Translations under genes and position numbers: made by a program
In this document: piece by piece, positions 39,652-49,735 of the stretch
Layout: each line of letters opens with the position of its first letter
Position numbering within the stretch: position 1 is the first letter of the stretch
Origin: Candidatus Dormibacteria bacterium
GTDB lineage: Bacteria > Chloroflexota > Dormibacteria > Aeolococcales > Bog-877
Assembly (NCBI GenBank): GCA_049518775.1
Contig: JBEKRL010000001.1
Span: 4,076 to 68,075 of the forward strand
DNA length: 64,000 bases
Direction: 5' to 3'
The notes under the pieces: model-generated
What the model was told of the DNA's origin: nothing
Seen by the model: only the letters and a program-made list of their open reading frames with translations
The model's database searches: none

Positions 39652-41349
39652 ATGCGCCCCGCGCTCCTTGCCGCCCTATTCCCTGCCCTCCTCGCTGCCG
39701 CCCTCCTGGCCGCCTGCGGTCCCCTCGGCCCACCTCAGATCACCAACGTGTCGCCCGCCCCCAGCCAGGGAGCGGTGCACACCAGCGATCCTCTGGTCAT
39801 CACCTTCGACAGTGCGATGAATGAGCGCTCGGTCGAGTCCCGGCTTCGCCTGCGCACCCGCAAAGGTCGCCCCACCCCGGGTTGTTCGGTGTCCCGCGCG
39901 GCCCGGGGCGAGCCCACGGGATGCCGCTTCGTGTGGGCCAGCCCTCGAGTCATGCGCCTGATCCACCCGGACCACTCCTGGGCGGTGATCACCACCTACA
40001 GGGTCCAGTTGCTGGGTGGCGTCGAGGCGGCCGACGGCGCGGTGAACTCGCTGTCTCACTCCTGGGAGTTCTCGACCGAGGGCGGACCTCAGGTCTCCGC
40101 CACCTCTCCCCCCAACGGCGGCACCATCGGACCCGACCAGGCGATCTCGATCAATTTCAGCCGGGACATGTCTCCCGGGGCTGTGAAGCGAGCGATCACC
40201 CTCTCTCCCGAGCCGGTGGGGGGATACCTGCTCGCCCGCAGCAGCAAGGTCCCCGGGCGCTTCCTTTTGGAGCCGGTCCAGCCGTTGGCTCCGGGGACTG
40301 CCTACACCCTCACGGTAGCCAGGAGGGCGCTGGACGTCGATGGCAACCGGCTCCAGCGACCGGCGCTCGTGCACTTCACGGTGGGGAAGCTGGGCAGCAC
40401 CACCGCAGTTATCTTCCCCGCCGGTCCCTCCGACTCCGACTACACCCAGGTGCTGGCCGCGTCCGCGCCCCAGCTCCCTGGAGACCCGCCCGCGATCCGG
40501 GTCCTGGCCACGGCGCCAGCCGGAGAGCACTACCTGTGCACCTGGCCCTCGCCGGACGGCCTCCGGCTGGCAATTGAGATGGCCGGCAGCCAGCCGATCC
40601 AGGTGATCGACCTCAGCACCGGCAAGAGTTCAACCGTCCTGGGCAGCACCGGGAGCACCAGCGCGGCCTGGAGTTCGAACGGCCAGCAGCTGGCCTTCGT
40701 CGTCTCCGGAGCGCTTCGGGTCTACACGGTGTCCAGCGCCACCTCGGTGACCCTGGCGTCGTCCCTGAACATGCGCGGGCCGCTCAGCTGGCGGCCGGAC
40801 GGCCAGGTGGTCGCGGCCGTGGCGGTTCCCTCCACCGGCCAGACTCGGGTGGCCCTGCTCAGCCCAGCGCTCAAGGCGATCACCTTCCTGCCCACATCGA
40901 GCAGCAGCTCGGCGTCGGAGAACGATCCGGTCTGGAGCCCGGACGGTTCCAGCCTCGCCTTCGGCGTGGGCACGGGGTCCAGTCTGGCGCTCTGGTTGTA
41001 CCAGCCCCTTCAGGCCAGCTCTCCACTCAATCTGGTCGCGGCAGCGGTGGGTCAGCCCCTGGCTTTCCTAGACCTGGACACCATCCTGGTGCGGCAGCCT
41101 TCGGGAGCGCTGGCGGCGGTCTCCACCACCACGGGGAGCGAGTCGGTGATCGTGCGAGGCGAGGGCGGCCAGTACCCGCTGGCGGCCGCCGCGACTTCCT
41201 CTGGCCGCCAGGTCGCGTACAGCCTGAGCGTGTCCGGAAACGTGCAGGTCTTCTTGGCCAACGACGATGGCACCGGGGTGGAGCGCCTGACCGACTTCTC
41301 CAGATCCAACTCCCTCGACGCCGGCCCACCCGCCTTCAGCGGGAGCTGA
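39652..41349 (+). CDS. Secreted lipoprotein with Ig-like (BIG/SbsA-type) domains and a PD40/TolB-like beta-propeller
   Basis: Signal peptide with lipobox LLAAC. Repeated 'ITFDSAMN / ISINFSRDMS' Ig-like modules. C-terminal WSPDG repeats. Confidence 0.65.
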   Translation: MRPALLAALFPALLAAALLAACGPLGPPQITNVSPAPSQGAVHTSDPLVITFDSAMNERSVESRLRLRTRKGRPTPGCSVSRAARGEPTGCRFVWASPRVMRLIHPDHSWAVITTYRVQLLGGVEAADGAVNSLSHSWEFSTEGGPQVSATSPPNGGTIGPDQAISINFSRDMSPGAVKRAITLSPEPVGGYLLARSSKVPGRFLLEPVQPLAPGTAYTLTVARRALDVDGNRLQRPALVHFTVGKLGSTTAVIFPAGPSDSDYTQVLAASAPQLPGDPPAIRVLATAPAGEHYLCTWPSPDGLRLAIEMAGSQPIQVIDLSTGKSSTVLGSTGSTSAAWSSNGQQLAFVVSGALRVYTVSSATSVTLASSLNMRGPLSWRPDGQVVAAVAVPSTGQTRVALLSPALKAITFLPTSSSSSASENDPVWSPDGSSLAFGVGTGSSLALWLYQPLQASSPLNLVAAAVGQPLAFLDLDTILVRQPSGALAAVSTTTGSESVIVRGEGGQYPLAAAATSSGRQVAYSLSVSGNVQVFLANDDGTGVERLTDFSRSNSLDAGPPAFSGS

Positions 41350-41728
41350 ACCCGGGCCCGGGCATCCCGCGAGGCCTTCTGCACCCGCCGTCACCTGACT
41401 CCCTCGGCGGATACGCACCAGAGCCGCTGTGCCGGCGATCGCTGCCAGGGGCCCGGGAGGTCTGAACCAGGGAGCCGCGGGCCAGCTCTGCTTCGGGGAG
41501 CCTGCGTTGGTGCTCCCGCTAGCGCTCCGGTCCGGTTGGGGGACCACCTCCATGGCGGCCGCTCCTCCTGGCCTCAGCGATCTGGGCGACCTGCGGGGCG
41601 ACCTCGCCCGGGAGAGGCGGACCCGGCCGTTGCGGCTCCCTCGCCAGGCAGCCCAGGACCTCTTGCCGAGGCGGCTGAGGCCGGGCGCCGAGATTCTGGA
41701 CCGGCTGGGGGGAGGGAGCCAGAGCGGC

Positions 41729-43018
41729 TCAGGTCCCTGGGCCGGTCCCCGCCGCCAGCCGGGCCGCGAGCCCGTACTCGGGCAACAAGAGGTCCACGGT
41801 GCGCTCCCAGCTGAAACTCTCGGCCCTCTCCCGAGCGGCCTGGCGCATCCGACCTCGCTCCTCGGGGGGAGCAGCGAGCACCCGCGCGATTGCATCCGCG
41901 AAGGCGGCGGGGTCGTGGCCATCCACCAGGTACCCCGTCCTCCCGTGGGCCACGACATCGCGCAGTCCCCCTACTGAGGCTGCCACCACCGGCGTCCCGC
42001 ACGCCTGAGCCTCCAGGGCCACGAGCCCGAAGGACTCCGTGTGGGAGGGGACCACGACCACGTCAGCCAAGCAGTACAGGAGCGCCAAGCGATCCTGGGG
42101 CCGGGCCCCCAGGAAGCAGACCGTTCCCTGCAACCCCAACGTGTGCACCCTGGTCTCCAGCTCCCGCCTTTGGTCCACCAGTGCGCCGTCGCTGCTGACG
42201 TCCCCAACGAAGATCAGCTGGACCGGATCCAGCACATCCTTCCGGGCTGCCAGGAGGCCGAAGGCGTCGAGCAGCGTATCCGGCCCTTTCAGCGGCTCCA
42301 ACCTGCCGGCGAACAGCACCACGCGACGCCCCTCGAGCTTGAGCTTCCGCCGGAGCCGGCTCGGGTCCCGGGGCTGGAACCGGACCAGGTCGACGCCTGG
42401 CGGCGCCACCGCCAGCTGCGTTCGGCGTGCCCCGTAGAGCCGCTGCAGCGCCTGGGCCTCGCCTGGCGTGTTGGCGACCAGGCGGGCCCCTGCAGTCACA
42501 GCGCGGCGCTCTGCCAGGAGCCTGCCCGGTCCGTCCCCGTTGAAGCCGTATTGCCGCTTGACTGCGGCCAGGGTATGGGCCGTGTGGAGCCAGGGCACTC
42601 CCAGTTGGCTGGCCAGCTCGGCGGCCACGTCGACGGTCAGCCAGTAGTGGCTGTGGACGGCGACGTAGCGCCGATCAGAGTGTCGCACGAACTCGCGGAT
42701 CCCTCGGAGGTACTCCTCCCGTGTGTCGGGGAGTTGGGGCTTGGAAAGCCTCCGGCAGGGCCCGGCGTCGATCGCGACCACCCGGCTGCGAGGGCCCATG
42801 GCCTGCTCGACCGGGTCGTCGGGGTGGGTGCGGCGCACGAAGATGTCCGTATGGATTCCCCTGGCTCCGAGTTCCTCGCAAACGGCGCGAACGTAGACGT
42901 TGAGCCCGCCGTTCTCGCGCTCGCCCAGCCTGGCCAGGGGGGAGGCGTGCAGCGACAGGAAGGCGACCGTCTCCCCGGGCGTCGCGCCCGAGGCCGCCGC
43001 TGAGCGCCTCACCCGCAT
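41729..43018 (-). CDS. GT4 family glycosyltransferase, MshA-like (D-inositol-3-phosphate/GlcNAc transferase-like)
   Basis: VAFLSLHASPLARLG...GGLNVYVRAVCEELGARG matches the MshA N-terminus. C-terminal GT-B fold with EAQACGTPVVA. Confidence 0.8.
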   Translation of the reverse strand: MRVRRSAAASGATPGETVAFLSLHASPLARLGERENGGLNVYVRAVCEELGARGIHTDIFVRRTHPDDPVEQAMGPRSRVVAIDAGPCRRLSKPQLPDTREEYLRGIREFVRHSDRRYVAVHSHYWLTVDVAAELASQLGVPWLHTAHTLAAVKRQYGFNGDGPGRLLAERRAVTAGARLVANTPGEAQALQRLYGARRTQLAVAPPGVDLVRFQPRDPSRLRRKLKLEGRRVVLFAGRLEPLKGPDTLLDAFGLLAARKDVLDPVQLIFVGDVSSDGALVDQRRELETRVHTLGLQGTVCFLGARPQDRLALLYCLADVVVVPSHTESFGLVALEAQACGTPVVAASVGGLRDVVAHGRTGYLVDGHDPAAFADAIARVLAAPPEERGRMRQAARERAESFSWERTVDLLLPEYGLAARLAAGTGPGT

Positions 43019-44049
43019 GCCTCCCCACCAGTGGCCGATGTCAGCTGGAGGCGCCACAACGGACGGTCCTGGGCCCCGAGGTGGTACTTGTAGCCCTCGC
43101 TGCCGCGGAGCAGGTCCGCGCGGTGGCAGCCCTCCTCGAGCGCCAGCCGGATTCCTTCCGCAACGCAGAGCAGCCCAGGCGAAAGCGCGGCCAACGCGGG
43201 GTCATAGCCGGAGTTGTACAGGTACCAGGTGCCAGAAACTGTGATCCCGTGGGCCGCCGCGATCAGCTCCCCACCTGCCTCTACGAACTGGATCCTGAGC
43301 CAGCCTCGTTGGTGAAGTCTCTCCGAGGAACGGCGGATGAAGGCCTCGACCTCGTCGGTCAAGAAGGCCTCCTTGTGGGACCCGCTGCGCCGAAGAAGCG
43401 CCAGGAAGGCGTCAAGTGCCGCCGCTAGGCCGAGCTCGGCCAGGGTGACCGTCCGCCACCCGGGCCGCTCGGTGTCGAGCCGGCGCAGCTTGCGGCGCAG
43501 CTCGTGGCGATCCTTCTTGTTGAGCCGCTCGGCCAGGTAGGCCTCAAAGCTGCCCTCCAACTCCACCTGTGGGCTCACCTCCTCCTGGACGAGCTCCGCC
43601 CGAAGCCCGAGTTGCTCGGCGCCGGATCGCAGCGCGCCGAGCGTCTCAGCCCCGTCGGGAAGGTAGTGGAGGTCGAGGCAGAGAGGCTCTCTGCGACCGT
43701 CCTCCGTCGGACCCCCTCCCGGGAAGAGCCAGTCCAGGGCCGCCAGCACCACCTCTTCGGCCTGGCCGGGACAGTGGACGAAACCCAGATGGTCCGACAG
43801 GTCGACACCTCCGCCGATACGGAGGAGTTGGGGCCTTGCCTCCTCGAAGTAGAGGGGAACGACACCGACCGGCCGGTCCCCAGAACGGACCACGAGGCAC
43901 CGCAGCCCCAGCTTCTCACCGAAGGTCTCCCACCAGCTGTACTGCCACTCCCAGGAAAGAAATGGGTTCACTGGCGGGCCGGAGGTCTCAATCTCCTGCC
44001 ACGGGGATCGGAGCAGAGCGAGGCCAGCGGTGGTCCCCACCTCCTCCAC
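43009..44049 (-). CDS. GNAT/FemAB-fold acyltransferase (BioF2-like, Acetyltransf_6 family)
   Basis: PF13480-like architecture with SPGLLCVAEGIRLALEEG, YLYNSGYD. Confidence 0.6.
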   Translation of the reverse strand: MEEVGTTAGLALLRSPWQEIETSGPPVNPFLSWEWQYSWWETFGEKLGLRCLVVRSGDRPVGVVPLYFEEARPQLLRIGGGVDLSDHLGFVHCPGQAEEVVLAALDWLFPGGGPTEDGRREPLCLDLHYLPDGAETLGALRSGAEQLGLRAELVQEEVSPQVELEGSFEAYLAERLNKKDRHELRRKLRRLDTERPGWRTVTLAELGLAAALDAFLALLRRSGSHKEAFLTDEVEAFIRRSSERLHQRGWLRIQFVEAGGELIAAAHGITVSGTWYLYNSGYDPALAALSPGLLCVAEGIRLALEEGCHRADLLRGSEGYKYHLGAQDRPLWRLQLTSATGGEACG

Positions 44050-44257
44050 CCGAAGGCCGCCGTCGCCTAGATCTGTCGCCGGTCGCGCCCCGAGGGGCGC
44101 TGGACATGAGGCCCCGATGCTTGCTCCACCTTGAAATTTCGGCCCGGTGCGGCGGCTCCTTCCGCGGAGATCGGTGAGATGACTCTACCATCGCGGCCAG
44201 CGGCCAAACATCTGCCAGGGAGCCTGCCTGCGCTTGAACGAACCCAGTCGAGCCGAT

Positions 44258-45427
44258 GTGCAGATCTGGACGGTGGGCACCGGAGGAGGACACCGGAGCG
44301 TGGCCCTCGCTCTCGCCCAGGCGCTGCGCGCCAGCGCCCGGGGCCAGGTGACGGTGGCTCTGGATGACCCGACGGAGATTGCCATCGGCCGGACCGCACG
44401 GCGCCTGTTCGGCGCCTACGGGCCCTTGATCAGAACCTCGCCGGCGGCCTGGGGCATGCTCTTTCGTGGCTTCAGCCGCCCGCAGGCGGTCGCTGCCCTG
44501 GACCGCTTCCTGATCCGCCAGCTGGCGCCGGCGATGACCAAGAGGACCAGACTCCGTTCCCCGGGGGTGGTCGTCAATTGTCACCCCCTTCTGGGAAACT
44601 CCGTCCGGGCCGCGACCGCCCCCGTGGAGGGTGCGCACTCGAAGCTGGTGACCATGATGACCGACCTGGTGGGCGGCCACAGCGGCTGGCTCTCCACGGA
44701 ACCGGATGCAATCTTCACCGCCACCCCACAAGCCTCCAAGTGGTGCCGCGAACACGGGGTACCCGACAGCCTGATCCGGGAGACCGGACTCCCGGTCGAT
44801 GAGCGGCTGGCACTTGGTCCGGCCGGGCCGGCCGAGCGCTCAGAGCTGCGGCGCCGGCTGGGGCTCGACCCTGACCGGTTCTGCCTGCTCCTCGGAGGCG
44901 GGGCCGAAGGGGTCGGCCATCTGAGGCAGTTGGCGAGTTGGGTTGGGTCCAGCGGCCTGCCCCTGCAGCTGGTCGTCATCTGCGGCAACAACGTGCGTCT
45001 CTTGGGGTGGGTCCGCAGGTACCCGACGCCGGTTCCGACCCTCGCTCTGGAGTTCGAACCCTCGCTGACGCCGTGGCTCCGAGCGGCCGACGCCTACCTT
45101 GGCAAGCCGGGTCCCAGCACTCTCGCCGAAGCTGCCGCGGCCGGTCTGGCGCTGCTGGTGACCCAGGGGCTGCCGGGCCAAGAGGAGCACAACGACGAGG
45201 CCGTCGTCTCCGCTGGGGCAGCGGTGCAGGTTCGCCACCGTGATGCGCTGCTTGGAACACTGTCCCGCCTCTGCCGCCCCGGCGATCCCCTCCTGGGCAC
45301 CCTCCAGCGGGGAGCCGTGGCTTGGTCTCGGCCTGCGGCCGCCGCGTTGGCTGCCGAAGAGATCCTCAGGCTCCTGTCGGAGGACGTGCCGGGCGGCCCG
45401 CCTCGGGCACGAACCGCAGCCGCGTGA
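44258..45427 (+). CDS. GT28 family MGDG-synthase-like glycosyltransferase (diacylglycerol/UDP-sugar transferase-like)
   Basis: N-terminal IWTVGTGGGHRSVALAL, as in the MGDG synthase/UgtP N-domain. GT28 C-domain follows. Start placed at GTG 44258 (TTG 44234 alternative). Confidence 0.7.
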   Translation: MQIWTVGTGGGHRSVALALAQALRASARGQVTVALDDPTEIAIGRTARRLFGAYGPLIRTSPAAWGMLFRGFSRPQAVAALDRFLIRQLAPAMTKRTRLRSPGVVVNCHPLLGNSVRAATAPVEGAHSKLVTMMTDLVGGHSGWLSTEPDAIFTATPQASKWCREHGVPDSLIRETGLPVDERLALGPAGPAERSELRRRLGLDPDRFCLLLGGGAEGVGHLRQLASWVGSSGLPLQLVVICGNNVRLLGWVRRYPTPVPTLALEFEPSLTPWLRAADAYLGKPGPSTLAEAAAAGLALLVTQGLPGQEEHNDEAVVSAGAAVQVRHRDALLGTLSRLCRPGDPLLGTLQRGAVAWSRPAAAALAAEEILRLLSEDVPGGPPRARTAAA

Positions 45428-45680
45428 GCGGTTTGCCCGGGACCTCGGAGTTGATCGCCTCCAGGATCTTTGCGGACTCGATCTGAAGCTGATGGGCGAT
45501 GGCCGGGTGGGCGCAGGCCAGTACCAGCGCCGACCCTTCGACGGCGCAAACGCGGACGTGGGGCCGAATGAATTCCCCGCAGACCTTTGAGAAGGCCGCC
45601 TCGATCCTGGCCTGGCGGACCGGCCTGGTTCCCCCCAGCCGGCGCACGGCCCTAGGGAGGATCGAGTCTATCCCCTCCAT
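45366..45680 (-). CDS. DUF721/DciA-like protein
   Basis: Small basic protein immediately downstream of recF, as in Actinobacteria. VCGEFIRPHVRVCAVEGSALVL. Confidence 0.65.
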   Translation of the reverse strand: MEGIDSILPRAVRRLGGTRPVRQARIEAAFSKVCGEFIRPHVRVCAVEGSALVLACAHPAIAHQLQIESAKILEAINSEVPGKPLTRLRFVPEAGRPARPPTGA

Positions 45681-46837
45681 TCGCCCGGCTCCCGGTAGGG
45701 CTCTGGGACCACAGTCAGCTGCCCGGCGCTGGCCTGCAGGACCTGCGCGATCGGGATATCCCTGGTGATCCCGGGGTTCTCGGTGGACGTGATCAGGGTC
45801 TGCTCCACCGCCAGCTCGTCAGAGAGCAGCTGGATGAGGCCCGCGCGGCGGTCGCGGTCGAGTTCTGAGAGCACGTCGTCCATCATCAGCAGAGGGGTCT
45901 CCCCGCCAATTGTGAGGTGCTGGCGAACCTCCGCCACCTTGAGGGCCAGCACCAGGCTCCGCTGCTGGCCCTGGGAGGCGAACTGCCGTGCCGACCTTCC
46001 ACCGAGCATGATCTCGAAGTCGTCCCGGTGGGGCCCCACCAGGCACTGCGCCCGGGCGATCTCCTCGCTGGAATTACGTTCGATGGCGCTGCGCAGGGCC
46101 TCGGCCACCTCGGCCGCGTCTCGTGGGCCGGCCTCGCCGCCAAGACCTGGTCGATAGTCGAGCTGGAGCTCAGCCGACTCGCCGAGCCGGCCTACCGCCT
46201 CGGCCGTCACTGGCTGGATGTTCTGCAGGTAGCGCCTGCGGTCGTCCATGACGGTGGCCCCCTGCTCCACCAAGGCGTCCGTCCAGGGCCGCAGCTCGTC
46301 GGCTCTGGCGAACCCGTCGCGGACCCGACGGAGCAGCGCACTGCGGTGTTCCACCGCCCTCCGGTAGCGCACCGCTGCCTCGGCGTACCGGGGAGAGAGC
46401 TGGCTGAGGACGACGTCCAGCATTCTTCTGCGCGGCTCCGGCCCACCCTTGACCAAGAGCAGGTCCTCGGGCCAGAAGAGGACCACCCGGAACCCCCCCA
46501 ACACCTGCCGCGGCGGGACCTGCTTCCCGCCCCGCCGCATCTTGCGCAGCCACCGCTCGGAGCCCGGATAGCGCTCCGCGCGGAGCTCGAGATCAGTCTC
46601 GCCGCTGCGGTCAACAAGATGGGCCGCCACCCCCATCCGGCTCTCCCCCCAGGCAGCGCACTCTCCCAGCGAACCAGACCGAGGAGACCGCGTCAGCGCC
46701 AACGTGGCGATCGCCTCCAGGAGGCTGGTCTTCCCCTGGCCGTTCTTGCCAATGACGAGATTGACCCCGGGGAGAAGGTCCACCGAGGCCTCGTGGAAGA
46801 TCCGGAAGGAGAGCAAGCGGAGTCGGGATACGTACAC
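45668..46837 (-). CDS. recF: DNA replication and repair protein RecF
   Basis: Walker A GKNGQGKTSLLEA; LSQGQQR signature; MMDDVLSELD Walker B. Confidence 0.9.
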   Translation of the reverse strand: MYVSRLRLLSFRIFHEASVDLLPGVNLVIGKNGQGKTSLLEAIATLALTRSPRSGSLGECAAWGESRMGVAAHLVDRSGETDLELRAERYPGSERWLRKMRRGGKQVPPRQVLGGFRVVLFWPEDLLLVKGGPEPRRRMLDVVLSQLSPRYAEAAVRYRRAVEHRSALLRRVRDGFARADELRPWTDALVEQGATVMDDRRRYLQNIQPVTAEAVGRLGESAELQLDYRPGLGGEAGPRDAAEVAEALRSAIERNSSEEIARAQCLVGPHRDDFEIMLGGRSARQFASQGQQRSLVLALKVAEVRQHLTIGGETPLLMMDDVLSELDRDRRAGLIQLLSDELAVEQTLITSTENPGITRDIPIAQVLQASAGQLTVVPEPYREPGEWRG

Positions 46838-46858
46838 GTGCCGGAGCCCGGCTGGGCC

Positions 46859-47989
46859 CTAGATGATCACCCTGACCGGCATGATCACGTACCGGTAGCT
46901 GTCGTCTCCAGGAGCCCTGACCAGCCCGGGCAAGAGCGTTCCGTTGAAGAGCATCTCCACCTCGGGAGAATCAATCAGGTTTAGGACATCGCTGACGTAG
47001 CGGGCGTTGAACGCGATCCCCAGGCCTGCGCCCTCGAGCGATGCGTCGACGCTGGCCACGTTGTCTCCAACCTCGTTGGTATTGGCTGAAATCACTATCT
47101 GGCCAGGCTCGCAGCGCAACTTGAGGACGTACCCAGCGTCCCTGGCGAAGAGGGAGACCACCTTGGTTACGCGCCGGAGCTCCTCGGTGGAGGCTCTAAC
47201 CACCGTCTGGGACTTGGCCGGGATGACCTTCTCGTAGCTAGGGTAGATTCCGTCGATCAATCGGGCTGTCAGCTCGTACCCGGGCAGTTGAAACTTCACC
47301 TGAGCCCGTGATGCCCCCACCGTGAGGCTCACAGTGGCGGGGCCGGAGGAGACCGGCTTGAGCAGCCTTGCGAGCTCGGAGAGAGCCCTGGCGGGGATGA
47401 TCACCCCAAGCCTCTCGATCGGGACCCCGCCCTCAGCGGCGCGAATCACCCGGATGGCGAGCCGGTGCCCGTCGGTGGCAACCAGGGTCACCTCGGAGCC
47501 GACGATCTCGGTGAGGACGCCGGTGTAGATCGGCCTCCCGTCGTCCGAGCTGGCCGCCACCACCGTCTGCTCGATCGCCGCCAGAAGGGTTTGGGGGTCC
47601 AGCTCGATAGTGTCCCCATCGGAGACGTCGGGGAGTGGGGGGAACTCGTTGGCGGCGACTCCCCGAATGTGGGCATCGAAGCGCCCGCTCTGGAGTTCAA
47701 CAGTCTGGCTGGCGGCATCGAGCTGCCAGCGAAGCGGCTGCTCCGGCAATGCCGACACGAACTCGGAGAGAATCCGAGCGGGGACCGCCACCTGACCCTC
47801 CTCCTCCACCTCGGCTGCCAGCTCGTGGTGGATGGTCAGGTCAAGGTTGGTGGCGGTGAGTTCCAGAAGGCCTCCCCTGGCCTCTACCAACACGTGGTTG
47901 AGAATCGGCAGGGTCACCCGGTTGGAGACCGCGCGGCTCACCGAGTTGAGACCAGCGCCCAATTGCTGGGGCGAGACTGTGCACTTCAC
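46859..47989 (-). CDS. dnaN: DNA polymerase III beta sliding clamp
   Basis: Three-domain clamp; LVATDGHRLA, VVAASSDDGRPIYTGV. Confidence 0.9.
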   Translation of the reverse strand: MKCTVSPQQLGAGLNSVSRAVSNRVTLPILNHVLVEARGGLLELTATNLDLTIHHELAAEVEEEGQVAVPARILSEFVSALPEQPLRWQLDAASQTVELQSGRFDAHIRGVAANEFPPLPDVSDGDTIELDPQTLLAAIEQTVVAASSDDGRPIYTGVLTEIVGSEVTLVATDGHRLAIRVIRAAEGGVPIERLGVIIPARALSELARLLKPVSSGPATVSLTVGASRAQVKFQLPGYELTARLIDGIYPSYEKVIPAKSQTVVRASTEELRRVTKVVSLFARDAGYVLKLRCEPGQIVISANTNEVGDNVASVDASLEGAGLGIAFNARYVSDVLNLIDSPEVEMLFNGTLLPGLVRAPGDDSYRYVIMPVRVII

Positions 47990-48059
47990 TGGATTGGCCT
48001 CCCTGGCTTCAAGGGCACCCGGCCCTCATTGTCAACAGCCCCTTGGAGTTCTTGGGTCC

Positions 48060-48150
48060 GATATGTAAAACCGTAGTCATAGTAGGGGAGTGAAGCGTGG
48101 GGAAACCGATCGAAGCTGATCTCGCCCTGCCGGTGCACATCCTGTGGAAA
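48060..48150. promoter_or_regulatory. dnaN-dnaA intergenic: AT-rich patch (ATATGTAAAACCGTAGTCATAGTAG) plus DnaA-box-like TGTGGAAA at 48143-48150
   Basis: The only AT-rich stretch in the intergenic region; matches the reverse-complement DnaA box TTTCCACA. Confidence 0.45.
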
Positions 48151-48257
48151 GCCGGGCTCCCGGGACCCACCCCTCCGGGAGCGAATGGTGGGGCAAGGGG
48201 TTGCTGACAGGAACCGGCGCCCGACCACAGGGACACTGGAAAAGGTGTGCTGAGTCG

Positions 48258-49625
48258 CTACCGGGAGTGGAGCAACTCGCGGAGGCAGCGGATGTCCTCG
48301 GAGACCTTCTGGTCCTCCTTGGCATCGGTGGCGATCTTCTCGTAGGAGTGGAGGACGGTGGTGTGGTCACGCCCTCCGAAGGCCTGCCCGATCGCGGGCA
48401 GGCTCATGGCGATCTCCTCGCGGATGAGGAACATGGCCACCTGGCGGGGGAAGACGATGTGCTTGTCGCGGCGCTTACTCCGCATCTCGTCAACTGAGAT
48501 CCCGTAGTACTCGGCCACCACCTGTTGGACCAGATCCACTGACAGGGGCTTGCTATCCGCCGCCGGGATGATGTCGCGCAGGATCTCTGAGACCTCGCTG
48601 AGCGACGGGCTCTCGCCGCCAGAGAGCGAGGCGTGGGCGAGGACCCGGATGAGGGCCCCCTCCAACTCCCTGATGTTCTTCTGGATCTTGAACGCTATGA
48701 AGGAGAGAACCTCCTCGCTGATGGAGGGTTGCTGGGGGTCGAGCTTGCTCCGGAGGATCGCCAGCCGGGTCTCGAAGTCGGGCGGCTGGATGTCCGCCAT
48801 GAGGCCACCCTCAAACCGGGTTCGCAGGCGATCCTCCAGGGTGGGGATCTCCCGAGGAGGCCGGTCAGAGGTGATCACGATCTGGCGGTTAACCTCCTGA
48901 AGGGCGTTGAAGGTGTGAAAGAACTCCTCCTGGGTTCGGTCCTTGCCGGCGAGGAATTGGATGTCGTCGACCAAGAGCACGTCCACGGTCCGGTAGCGGT
49001 CCCGGAACTGGGCCATCCGGTTCTCCTGGATCGAGGTGATCATCTGGTTCAGGAAGCTCTCGGACGTTACGTACGCGACCCGGAGGCGGTGGGTCTGCCA
49101 GACCGCGTGACCCACCGCGTGCATCAGGTGGGTCTTCCCCAGTCCCACGCCGCCGTACAGGAACAGCGGGTTGTAGGCACGGCTGGGGGAGTCAGCCACC
49201 GCTCGGCAGGCGGCGTAGGCGAAGCGGGAGTTGTTCCCGTCAACGAATGCGGTGAACGTGTAGCGCGGGTTGAGCCCGGGAACGGTCTCGGCAATGCCCT
49301 GAGCGCGCTCGTCGGGGAGGGCCGCCGAGGGCAGGCTGTTCCCCGGGGCGCTCGCCGTGGCCCCCGGGGCCGGCTGGACGGCGAACTCTACCTTGATGTC
49401 CCGGTTGAGGATGGCGGAGAGGGTCTCGCGGATCACCGCCGAGTAGCGGTCGCTCACCCAGTCGCGGGCCAGAGGGGTGGGCACGGCGATTGTCGCCCGG
49501 GCCTCGCTCTCGTCAAAGGCCAGGAGCCGGGCATTCTTGAGCCAGGCTTCGTACCCCGGGCGGCTCACCTGGAAGCGGAGCTCCTCCTGGGCCGCCGACC
49601 AGAGCTGGTCTGGCGCGAGACTCAC
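48258..49625 (-). CDS. dnaA: Chromosomal replication initiator DnaA
   Basis: AAA+ GGVGLGKTHLMHA; DDIQFL; C-terminal helix-turn-helix DHTTVLHSYEKI. Confidence 0.95.
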   Translation of the reverse strand: MSLAPDQLWSAAQEELRFQVSRPGYEAWLKNARLLAFDESEARATIAVPTPLARDWVSDRYSAVIRETLSAILNRDIKVEFAVQPAPGATASAPGNSLPSAALPDERAQGIAETVPGLNPRYTFTAFVDGNNSRFAYAACRAVADSPSRAYNPLFLYGGVGLGKTHLMHAVGHAVWQTHRLRVAYVTSESFLNQMITSIQENRMAQFRDRYRTVDVLLVDDIQFLAGKDRTQEEFFHTFNALQEVNRQIVITSDRPPREIPTLEDRLRTRFEGGLMADIQPPDFETRLAILRSKLDPQQPSISEEVLSFIAFKIQKNIRELEGALIRVLAHASLSGGESPSLSEVSEILRDIIPAADSKPLSVDLVQQVVAEYYGISVDEMRSKRRDKHIVFPRQVAMFLIREEIAMSLPAIGQAFGGRDHTTVLHSYEKIATDAKEDQKVSEDIRCLRELLHSR

Positions 49626-49659
49626 CCGGGGCCTCTCACCGACTCCAGGGCCCCGGGAA

Positions 49660-49735
49660 TGGAGAGCAATTCACACCTTATGCACAGAAGTGGATAACCC
49701 ACCTGAGGGGCAGAGTCACCCTGTGGAAGAGAGGA
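49660..49735. promoter_or_regulatory. oriC core candidate: DnaA boxes TTATGCACA (49678-49686), GTGGATAAC (49690-49698, = GTTATCCAC rc) and TGTGGAAGA (49722-49730) in a locally AT-richer segment between dnaA and rpmH
   Basis: Direct matches to the TTATCCACA consensus in the classical dnaA-rpmH position. Confidence 0.6.

Noticed and set aside
41350-41728. ORFs 41429..41977(+) and 41068..41958(-)
   Set aside because: These overlap the lipoprotein and GT4 genes in alternative frames. They have a low-complexity Arg/Gly/Pro composition.
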